This document shows, piece by piece, positions 24,480 to 34,604 of a stretch of 64,000 nucleotides of DNA (positions are counted from its first letter, which is position 1; the number at the start of each line of letters is the position of its first letter). The position numbers and the translations under genes are program-made. Source of the stretch: Phyllobates terribilis (lineage: Eukaryota); assembly GCF_046119375.1 (NCBI RefSeq), contig NW_027362763.1, positions 408,642,001 to 408,706,000 of the forward strand. Direction: 5' to 3'. Under the pieces are notes generated by a model. That model saw only the letters and a list, made by a program, of their open reading frames with translations, was not told the origin of the DNA and did not search any database.

Positions 24480-25416
24480 TGTGATGCCCCGCTGTGCTTG
24501 GTATCACATATCCTAGAAGAGTGTATTGATGGAATCCTCCACAAGAGGCCCCCATAAACATTCACACATCTCCACCTTCCACCTCAGACCAGCAGAGGGA
24601 GCCCGTTAGGGATATAAATAGGGAAGGAGGAGCTAGGCAGTTCAGTTCCTCTGAAGAGTTCCTGCAGTAGAGAAGCCTAAGAGAGGTCAGTCTGCAGTGG
24701 AGCTCAGTCTAGTCTAGAGAACTCAGTTAATAGTTCAGCAGTGGAGCACGAGGCTACTGCTAACTAGATTCAGTAAGGCATAACCGGAATCCCTGGAGAA
24801 CTACAAGTCCCAGGATCGCTAAGGTGCTGATACGTAACAGAGCCAGGAGAGGCTTAGGCCCCTCATACTGGGAGCGTGAACTCCAAGAGAAGGCCCTACC
24901 ACAAGGTCAGCCAGCGCAGGACAGAGACAAAGTTAGGCCTAGCTCCAGGCAGGTCAGAAACTTACTACGCAGAGGCAAGAAACAGGAGGCCCTACACCCG
25001 CTCATGGGGGAGGATACTGATATTCACCCTTCACCCTACAGTGCTCCGGGATGTGCCTGAATTTTCTCCAGTAAAAGGTACTGAAGTGACTACCGTGTCC
25101 GTTCCCATTCTTGCTCTGACCCAGCTGGGTCTCGCCTGTCCTGCATTCCCCCTGCATACGCTGCCCTGAGACCTAGCTCCACCTGTGGGGAGCTATACCA
25201 TCGAGCAGCCTTATCACGGGTCTCAGTGGACTGCTGCAGTGCTGGTGCTTCTCACCAGATACCACAGGTGGCGTCACAAACTCTTATAAAATTAACAATT
25301 ATCCACTCTTTTAAAGAGTGACCCCAGGGTACGGGCCAGGGAGCCGACCACGGCGACATCCCCAAGGCCAGGCAAAGGCCCGGGTACCGAGTCATCCCCA
25401 TCCCCTGGGCTAGTCA
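24480..25416 (+). mobile_element. Solo LTR (937 bp) inserted in the hAT-B transposase
   Basis: TGTGATGCCCC...GGGCTAGTCA termini; 4-bp TSD CATC; GATATAAATA at ~24612; the transposase acidic region resumes on both sides. Confidence 0.8.
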
Positions 25417-26915
25417 CATCCTCCTCCACCTCCTCCGTTGACCTCATCGACTGGCTGACTGTGGGTTGACAGTAAGTGGGATCTCCAACCTCGTCATCAT
25501 CACCATGTGTGTTATCACACCCGTCGTCCTCAAAGCCAACCTCTTCCTGCCCTGACCGAAAAGTCAAGTTGTCGCTCCAATCAGGTATTTGAGTCTCATC
25601 ATCGTCTTCATCATTGTCTCCACCAACAGGAGTGACAGTTTGGGAACGAGGGTCTACATTATGCTCAGAACCTTCTTCATCTGGTCCTGGATCCGACTTA
25701 TAAAGATTCTGGGCATCAGTGCAGATCATTTCCTCGTCTGGATTAACAGAAGCTCTGGAGCAGACTTACGTTTCCCAGGCTATAGTATGAGTAAACAGCT
25801 CTGCAGACTCAACCATCTGTGTTACCCCATACTCAGATGGGCAGCTGGAGACTTGGGAGCTGTGAGGAAGCAAGTGCGATTGGGGTGACACCTCTGAGGA
25901 CTGGAATATTTGTGATGTTGAAATTGAGGTGGAGGAGAGCCCACTTGAAGGAGCACTTGATATCCAATGAAGCACCTGCTGTTTTTGTGCCTCATCTGGA
26001 ATTTGTAGCGATGGGCGTGTCGGTAAGAAAGGGATCGTATCACATTGTCCACGAAAAGAAGTCGACATCTTAGCTTGGCTGGAAGATGGTCTTTCTTCTG
26101 CAGATGTTACCCCCCCCCACTGCGGGGGGGCTCGACCCACCAGCGGACAGGCACCAGTATTGGGAGAGGGGGGCTGGCCGTCAGGGTCCACCACGGCTCT
26201 GGCACAAACCCGGCGACACGGAGGTGGCACAGGCAGGAACGAACTGGCCGTGTCGGCTTCTCACTTTTTGGATTTTAGAAGGGCATGACATGCCTATATC
26301 TGTGTCTCCCCCTCCTTTTACTCCTCCACCTCTTTTCTTTTCGCATGACTATATGTACTTGTCACTTTTCCATGCGTTAGTTATGTCTTCTGAGCAGTTT
26401 GTCAGCTTTTGGACACCTTTGAAGGTGTTTTCTATGTGTTTCTATGTGTTTTTGCTTGCCTGCCATTGGTTTTAACGGTGTTCGAAGGTGTTCGACGAAC
26501 AGTTCGACGAACAGTTCGGCGAACACACGGGTGTTCGACGAACCGAACCGAACTCGAACACTACGGGGGTGGCTCAACACTATTCCTAACGTTATACAGC
26601 AGGGACATCTCAGTTTGAAATAGTTTGAAATAGTTTGGAGAATATCTCCTGTTATAGAGGCGCCATTCACAGTAAAAAAAATACTTTGTTCAATTCCTAA
26701 CGTTATACAGCAGGAACATCTCAGTTTGAAATAGTTTGGAGAATATCTCTTAAGTTATACAGGCGTCATCCATAGTAAAATAATACTTTGTTTTGTTAGT
26801 AACATTATGCAGCAAGCCATATCTTACCTTATCATCTAGTGTCGCTGAAATTCAGGTGTGTGCAAAGCTGTTGCAGAGGAAAAAATCTAATTTTGTTTTG
26901 CTAATAGCGTGTAAC

Positions 26916-29900
26916 TTGAGTGAGTAAAAGAGAGGTTGTGGTGGAAGTGGGAATAGGCTTGGTGTCCAAGGTATATGTGGGGTAAGTAGTAATGTTAGTG
27001 AAAGCACTAGTGAACCAACACCGTCATGTCCTATCCAAAGACAACTGACAACTTCTGCTACTGGACGGGCTACTCCACTCCCTTTCTTTGGAAGCCACAC
27101 AGCGATACGCCTTGTTCATAAGGGCCAGAAAGAGCAGGTGCTCCAGTGGATGGCAAGTGCTGCTTCAAGTGGCCTCTCATCTTCTTCCTCGACCCCAATT
27201 ACCCTTACTTCCCCTCGTGTCACAACTGTCCAAGTGCCCAGCTGATTGTAGCAAATCACAGATGGGCGAGTTTGTGGAACTGGTCACCCATTCTATACCA
27301 TGGGTATCAGACCTGTACTCCAAATATTCACAGAGTCAAGAAGAGGAAGAAAGGATCTGCACCGATGCCCAAAATTTTTTTACGTTGGATTTGAGGCAGG
27401 ACGGAGTAGGATCCGAGCAGGTTCCTTACCCTCGTCACCCGACGTTAACCACTGGGGAGGGAGGTGATCCAGATGTGACTCAGATACCTGAGGCTCATAC
27501 GGACTGTACTGTGCTCTCAGAGCAACAAGTGAAGAAGGGTCACTTTGAGGGTGTTGAATGGGATAACATATTGGATGATGATGAGGTTGAAGATCCTACT
27601 TGGTTGGAACCCAGAGTCATGCAGCTGAGTAGCTCATCGTGCTGGAACTCAGGTCTCCCACTGCAAAACTTCTGGTACTCTACCCGCTCCAGTCAGGCTG
27701 AGTGAGAGCCCTTCAGCTTTAACAGAATTGGACATGCCTGCCGTGTTTGTTTCAACGAGCACACCACACGTTTCTCAATCCACCGTAACATCTGCACCTG
27801 CACCTGCACCTCACGCACAGTCCAGCAGTTTGTCCATTTCACCGTACTCCGTCCTCTCTCAGCATCACAGCCAGCCCTCGGTCCCGCAGTTGTGGGCACG
27901 TAAAATATTGTTTCATACTACACATGACAAAGCTAAGAGGTTGAACTCCACCATCTCAAATCTGTTGGCCATGGAAATGCTGCCTTTCCGCCTGGTAGAT
28001 ACAGACAATTTCTGAAGCTGATGGCCGTCACAGTGCCCCAGTACCAGTTGCCCAGTCACCATTATTTCTCTAAGAAAGCTGTGCCTGCACTACACCAGCA
28101 TGTTGCAGACAACATCACCCATTCCCTGACTAAATCTATATCTGCCAGGGTGCATTTCACCACCGACATCGGGATGAGTAAGCATGGCCAAGGGCGTTAC
28201 ATCTCGCTGACTGGGCACTGGGTGACTTTGGTGGCTGTGAGGACAGGCGGGGAAGGGGCTGCTCCACAAATCTTGAATCTCCAAGGCTTGCACAAGAAAC
28301 CTCTGTATTTTACACTTCCTCCTCTGCTTCTGCGTCCTCCACCTCTTCTAGGGCCTCCACCTGCGCAATCAAACTCAGCCTTAACAAGACTTGCGTTCCA
28401 ACACTGCAAAGCAAATAAACACCACCTCAGTAATGCGCAGCCAGAGCTCACCGCAATCAGGCAGTCTTCAAATTAATATGCCTTGGAGATCGCAGTCATG
28501 CAGCTGAAGAGTTGTGGACAGCTCTCCAGGCTCAGTTTCAGCAATGGCTGTCTCTGCTGAACCTGGAGCCAGGGAAGGCCGTGTGCGATAACGGTGCAAA
28601 CCTGTTGGCGGCCCCATGCCGAGGCAAACTCACGAACGTGCCTTGCATGGCTCACGAACTCAATCTGGTTGTACAGTGATTTCTCCGCCATTATCCTGGC
28701 CTGAGTGAGCTGCATCAGAAAGTACAGAAGCTGTGTGCTCACTTCTGCCGTTCACATCCCTCATGTCATTGACTTGCATCAATACAGAGGCCTTTGTCCA
28801 TGCCAGTTACCAGGTTGACATGCGATGTGCCGATGTGGTGGAATTCCACTCTGCACATGTTACAACGACTGTGGCAGCAGCAGCGAGCCCTGGTATGTCA
28901 TGTCGTATAGCCTAAGCCAACGCAGTATGGACGCGAGGCATATCATGTTTACGGAGTGGGAAGATTAAGGACCTCTGCACCCTTCTGCACAGTTTTGAAA
29001 TGGCTACTAAACTAGTTAGCACTGACAATGCCGTCATCAGCATCACTATTCCAGTCATCTACATGCTGGAGAAGACTTTGAATAGTGTGCGGCAGGAGGT
29101 AGTTGTCCCAGAAGAAGAGGAGGATGTGGAAGGGATAAGAAAGTCTCAAAGTTCAAGACAGTCGTCACACAGGCAGATGCCAAGTGACAGTGACTTCCTG
29201 CGATTGATGGGGTTTGGTGATACCAGACATACTGTTAGTGAAGGTGCAAGAGCCGAGGAACAAATGAAGGAGGAAGAGGTGATGGGCGAGCAACAGTCAG
29301 AAGATGAAGAGGATAATCATCCCCTCTCTGTTGAACGTGGTTGGCAGAAGGGGACGGAGGAAACATGCATCAGTGTAAGCAGCCAACAATGTAGTCTGGC
29401 TTTGGACCACCTGGAAGAGCCCGACATATGAGTGCCTTCTTGCTGCAGATTCTGCAACATGATCCCTGTTTAGGATTCTAAATAATGCTGACCACTGGGT
29501 TGCCACTCTGTTAGATCCACGTTATAAGAGTAAATTTTGCCAGATGCTTCCCGCCCTGGAAAGGGACACGCTAATGTTGGAGTATCGAAACAAGCTTTTA
29601 ATCAACCTTAATAGAGCTTTTCCCCAAGGTAGGAGTGAGTCACACAGTGTGCATCGCAGCTGTAGTCCTTCAACCTCCGGCACGTCAGTTCGTCAATGCC
29701 AAAACATTAGCAGCAGCAGCAGAAGTCTGTCACGTGGAGAACGACTGAAGAAGATGGTGGAAGACTATCTAGAGCTCAATATGAATACCATCAGTGAGGA
29801 TTTTGACCCTTTTACATTTTGGTCTTCAAAAATAGATGAATGGCCTGAGGTTGCCTGTCACGCCTTGGAGGTTTTATCATCCCCAGCAGCCAGAGTTCTC

Positions 29901-30053
29901 TCAGAAAGTGTGTTCAGCGCTGCTGGTGGGGTCCTGACGGATAAATGTACCTGGCTGTCCCATGAAAGTGTTGACCGCCTAACTTTCATGAAGATGAACA
30001 AGTCATGGATCTCCAAGGACTTTTGCACCCCAATTGCAGACTGTACAGAGTAG
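26916..30053 (+). pseudogene. hAT-A transposase, multiply frameshifted, BED finger deleted
   Basis: GQKEQVLQWMASAASS; AMEMLPFRLVDTD; VPQYQLPSHHYFSKKAVPALHQHV; VHFTTD..SKHGQGRYISLTGHWV; CMAH.LNLVV; hATC FWSSKIDEWPEVA...SESVFSAAGGVLTDK...DRLTFMKMNKSWI. Confidence 0.9.
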
Positions 30054-30099
30054 GCGATGTTGTAGTTTTTAGTGTGCTGCATTGATCTTGCGGAATTGC

Positions 30100-31640
30100 A
30101 GACTGTGATATGGCTTGTGTGCCTGCTCTTGCTGCACCTGCATGTTTTAGGGCCTAATTTTTGGAAATGTGGAGAATACAGATTTGGGCTCTTAATCCAT
30201 TGGGTTGGCTGGAGTGGAAGAGGTGTCGGTCCCCATTATACTACTTATACTCTAGTGAAATTGATGCCACTTTGGTGATTTTATGCCCAAATGTTTTCAA
30301 ATGGGAACAGTCCGGATTGGCTCTCCATCTACTGGGTTGGCTGTAGGGGAAGAGGTTTCGTTGCTAATTGTACAATTTCTACTGTACTGAAATTGATGCC
30401 ACTTTGTTGGTATCTGCCAGTAATTTTTGGAAATGTGAGGAATCCTGATTGGGTCTCCATCTACTGGGTTGGATGTAGGGGAAGAAGTGCGGGTCCTAAT
30501 TATACTATTTCTCCTGTGCTGAAATTGATGCCACTTTGGTGGTATTAGGCCCTAATTTAGGGAAATGTGAACACTCCTAATTGGGTCTCCATGTGATGGG
30601 TTGGCTGCAGTGGAAGAGGTTTTAGTATCCTTTACAATAGTTATACTCTAGTGAAAATAATTTTTGGTGCAGATATTGTTCTCCACACAGGGGTACACAG
30701 ACCTGATAAACTTAAAATGGGTATATAAAGCAGACTGCATCTCAGCTTATAATTGTTTGGGGAAGATATTCTTCTCCACACAGGGGTACAAAGACATGAT
30801 AAAGTTAAAATGGGCATATAAAGCGTACTACATCTCAGCTTAAAATTGTTTGGTGCAGATATTCTTCTTCACACAGGGGTACACAGACATGATAAAATTA
30901 AAACGGGTATATATAGCATACTACATCTCAGCTTAAAATTGTTTGGGGCAGATATTCTTCTCCACACAGGGAAAAAAAAGGTTGTACAATTTCTACTGTA
31001 GTGAAATTGATGCCACTTTGTTGGCGTCTGCAATTAATTTTTGGAAATGTGGGGAATCCTGATTGGGTCTCCATCTACTGGGTTGGCTGATGGGGAAGAG
31101 GTGCCGGTCCCCATTATACTACTAATACTCTAGTGAAATTGATGCCACTTTGGTGGCTTTAGGCTCAAATGTTTTCAAATGGGAACAGTCCTGATTGGGT
31201 CTCCATCTACTGGTTTGGCTGTAGGAGAAGAAGTGTCAGTCCTAATTATACTATTTCTACTGTACTGAAATTGATGCCACTTAAGTGGTATTAGGACCTA
31301 ATTTAGGAAAATGTGAACACTGCTGATTGGGTCTCCATTTGCTGAGCTGGCTGCAGTGGAAGAGGTTTTGGTCTCCTTTACAATAGTTATACTCTAGTAA
31401 AAATAATTTTTTGGTGCAGATATTGTTCTCACAGGAGAACACATGATAAAAAATAGAAATTGGTTTTCTTTCTACCGTGGTATATAAAGCAGGCTACATC
31501 TCCACTTAAAATTGTTTGGGGCAGATATACTTTTCCACACAGGGGTACACAGACCTGATAAACTCAACATGGGTATATAAAGCAGACTGCATCTCAGCTT
31601 AAAATTGTTTGGGGCAGATATTCTTCTCCACACAGGGGAA
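30100..31640. repeat. hAT-A 3' internal arrays (~120-bp AAATTGATGCCACTTT units interleaved with ~75-bp CTGCATCTCAGCTTAAAATTGTTTGG units)
   Basis: Both motifs recur repeatedly between 30250 and 31640. Confidence 0.8.
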
Positions 31641-31649
31641 AAAAAAGGT

Positions 31650-32520
31650 TGAGTCTGAGCAGCTTCCTGACCCTCGACTGTACTGTGCAGTCAGGGCAAG
31701 AAGAAGAGGAGGGTGACTCTGAGGGCGAGGAATGGGATAACACATTGGATGATGATGAGGTTGCACATTCAACTTGTTGTGAACCCAGAGGCTCGTAGCT
31801 GAGCAGCTCATCTGAGGAGGTGGAGGAGGAAGACGAGGAGGTTACATTGTGTCTAATGGTGCAGACATGGAGTGATGCAAGCACGAGGAGCACTGCAGTG
31901 ACCAGCAGCGGTCGCGGGTCTGCAGCTCACAGGGGCGGCAAGGGTTGCCTAGCCTGGGCCTTTTTTGAGACCGCAAAGGATGAGCCAGTTTATCTGCAAA
32001 CTTTGCGATAAAAAACTCAGTAGAGGGAAAAAGTGCAATAATTTGACTACTACATACATGAACCTTCACATTCACAATCAACATGCGTTACTCTGGCAAT
32101 CTCACTGTGATAAAAGGCGGACCTCAACAACTCTCAGCTGCCCTATCAACTGCACCCACTGCTTCTTCCTCCTCCTCTGTTACAATGCCAAGTATTGGCA
32201 CGCAATCTCCCATTGCAGAACCTCTGCTTCTCTACCTCTCCAGTCAGGCTGAGTGAGAGCCTGTCAGAAGTAACGGAAGCAGACATGCATGCTGTGTTTG
32301 TTTCACCGAGCACACCACATGTTTCTCAATCCACCATAACATGTCCCCCTGCACCTGACTCACAGTCCAACAGTTTGTCCGTTTCACCGTAATCCACCCT
32401 CTCTCAGCACTGCAGCCAGCTCTCGGTCCCGCATTTGTGGTCACGTAAAAGATTGTTTCCTCCCACACATGGCAAAGCTAACAGGTGGAAATTAAGCATC
32501 TCCAATCTGTTGGCCACAGA
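31650..32520 (+). pseudogene. Second 5' transposase fragment inside hAT-A, including the BED finger
   Basis: CLAWAFFETAKDEP..ICKLCDKKLSRGKKCNNLTTTYMNLHIHNQH; flanking segments are homologous to 27410-27970. Confidence 0.75.
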
Positions 32521-32699
32521 AATGGTGGTGTTAGGCCCTAATTTTTTGTCTGTGAACACTCCTGTATGGCTGCTTTTTAACTGAGGAGGTAACCGGAGAA
32601 CCTGTAGGAAATCCACGCAAGGGAGCAGAAGACACTACTACCACAGGTTTACCATGACAGAGAGCAACCAGAAGACCGCAGCAGCTGATTCCTCCCACT

Positions 32700-33122
32700 C
32701 CTGTAGTCATTAAAAAGAAGCCATTCACCTTTATAATAATCAGTGCAGAGGTTAATCTGCTCAGTTGTGAGCTCCTGGAAGCTTAACGTGATTTAGGCTC
32801 TCGACAGATTTGTCCCATGCGTCTCCCCTACTGTGATAATACTGTACCCAAACACATCAGACTGTCGCCTACCATGGAAACCTTGAAAATGAAGCTGAAG
32901 ACCCACTTCTTGTGACAAGCGTACAATCTGCGGTAAGCCTTGCTCCAGCGTGACTAGCATGACTAGCTGCACCCTGACCTACTGTATCCTCACCTATCCC
33001 TTTGTAGATTGTTTGTGCGCCCTCGCGGGCAGGGTCCTCTCTCCTCTTGTACCAGTCGGTGACCCCTTTTGACATGTAAAGCGCCACGTAATAAATGTCG
33101 CTGTAATAGTAATAATAATTAT
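32700..33122 (+). mobile_element. L2 LINE 3' end embedded in the hAT-A right arm
   Basis: Translates approximately ..DLSHASPLL*.TVPKHIRLSPTMETLKMKLKTHFL*QAYNL*. The tail TGTAAAGCGCC..AATAAATGTCGCTGTAATAGTAATAATAATT is typical of L2. Confidence 0.65.
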
Positions 33123-33659
33123 AGTACTAGTACAATTGATGGCACTTTCCAGGTGTCTACCCCTAATTTGATGTGTTTTGGCAGCTTTTGGGTCCGTTTT
33201 AAGGTGTTGTGTATGCGTCTCCCCCCCCCCCACCATTGAATCCTAAGGCATTCGGTAACGTTCGACGATCATTCGACAAATAAATCAGCAGATATTGAAA
33301 ATTCAGCTATTGTAATCCGAATCGAATATTGAAACATTCGCTGATCTCTATCTGTAACATTCACCTTTCAATTATTTCTCGAAAATATGTATGCAGGTAA
33401 AATTCTCACTACATCTTTAGATCAATGCTTAAATAAGTGAATTTTCTGATATAAGTTCACTTTTAAGGGATTTAAAAACTGTACTTCAAAATCCAAATGG
33501 TGCTTATTTCCTTCTGAGATTAGCTGCGAGCCCAAACAGTAGTGTCTTATGACATACAGGGTATTTCCATAACTTAGGAGAAAATTGTAAAAAAGTGGCT
33601 AAATTTACATAATGTTGTAAAAATTTGTAATAGATTTTTCATTTTCACAGCTAATGATA

Positions 33660-34420
33660 AAAAAAGAACGCTGGCGTAATCACCATCCCGGCCGTGTTCT
33701 TGTTGCAGACTTCTTGCCTAGTGTGCGTTTGCAAGCATTTCCTCTTTCTTAAAGGGGTAGTGTGCACACTTATTAGATGTCCCTAGCAAATTCTTTGTAG
33801 GCATCTTGTATTTAAGGCACATTGGGAGGTGACTGTTCAACATCAAGGACTTTAGTGTTTAGCTTGCCTGTAAGCTGCTAAGTCCGTTGTCAGGTCCACT
33901 CCTTGCCTGAACCTGTTTCTCTGGGTCTATATGCCCAGGCCTCAACCCTGAACCTGTACCTGTATTTGATCTAGTCTGAATTAGGACCTGACCCTTATCT
34001 TGTTTGTTTCAAGTCTTTATCTTTCCCTGTATGTTTTGCCAGTATGTGAACCTGTCTTTGTATTCTTCTGTGTCTAAATTTTCGCCTGTTTCCACACTAG
34101 CTCTGTCTGATTCAGTTTCTTCCTCCAAACCTGTTGTTTGAATTAGTCCCTGCCCTATACCTGTTGTGGCAGCTCTCTTTCCTAAATCTGCTGTGTCTGA
34201 ATCTATATCTATATTTAAACCTGAAGTTAGAACCTGTACCTTTCCTAAACGAGCTGAGTCTGAGTTAGTACCTATCTCTAACCTGTTGTCGCTTCTGCTA
34301 CATTAGTGATCAGTGTGTACATTTGCTACTTGATTGTAAGTATCCAGTGTGAATTTGTTTCTGTCTGTCCTGTGTGTATTGGTCTTGTGTGAATGTGGTC
34401 CTGTGTGTACTTGTCCTTTT
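33660..34420 (+). mobile_element. Possible degenerate LTR-like sequence
   Basis: TATA-like GTATTTAAGG at ~33808 followed by pyrimidine-rich CCTGT repeats, as in vertebrate Gypsy LTRs. No clear termini or TSD. Confidence 0.25.
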
Positions 34421-34484
34421 AATTGACCTGTGCTAACCTGACTCTGTCTGTTCCATGTAAACCGAGTCCTGTCTCTCCTGTGGG

Positions 34485-34602
34485 AATCTGCGGTTCCCTG
34501 CTTGTTCACATCTGTGGTTCCCCGCTTGTCCACATCTGTGGTTCCCTGCTTGTCCGCATCTGCAGTTCCCTGCTTGTCCGCATCTGCAGTTCCCTGCTTG
34601 TC
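34485..34602. repeat. 24-bp minisatellite (CCCTGCTTGTCC(A/G)CATCTG(T/C)(G/A)GTT), ~5 copies
   Basis: Direct tandem repeats visible in the sequence. Confidence 0.85.
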
Positions 34603-34604
34603 CA

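Larger units (their letters stand above)
20389..26290 (-). pseudogene. hAT-B transposase, nearly full length, interrupted by two solo LTRs and frameshifts
   Basis: BED finger (AWAFIQ...VICNICNQNISRG...INQHMDMKH); HFTTDTWTSRHGQGRYMSLTGHWV; VPCMAHVLNLVV (CxxH); CDVPTWWNST; hATC domain FWYS...WPELA...PAASVLSERVFSAAGGVLTDKRTRLSTENVDRLTFIKMN. Confidence 0.93.
14559..26582 (-). mobile_element. hAT-B: degenerate hAT transposon (12.0 kb) nested in hAT-A; transposase on the minus strand
   Basis: TIRs TAGAGATGAGC and GGCTCAACACTA; exact 8-bp TSD TTCCTAAC (14551-14558 and 26583-26590); the host array resumes in phase. Confidence 0.92.
11594..33350 (+). mobile_element. hAT-A: large degenerate hAT DNA transposon (21.8 kb including nested insertions)
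   Basis: TIRs TAGTGATGAGCAAATATGTT and AACATTCGCTGATCTCTA; exact 8-bp TSD TCTGTAAC (11586-11593 and 33351-33358); internal transposase pseudogene on the + strand. Confidence 0.9.

Noticed and set aside
26104-26230. ~127-bp GC-rich TG...CA insert in the hAT-B transposase N-terminus, as a mini-LTR
   Set aside because: It seems to interrupt the reading MSCPSK..FVPA / SAEERPSSSQ, but there is no TSD and no second copy, so I cannot classify it.
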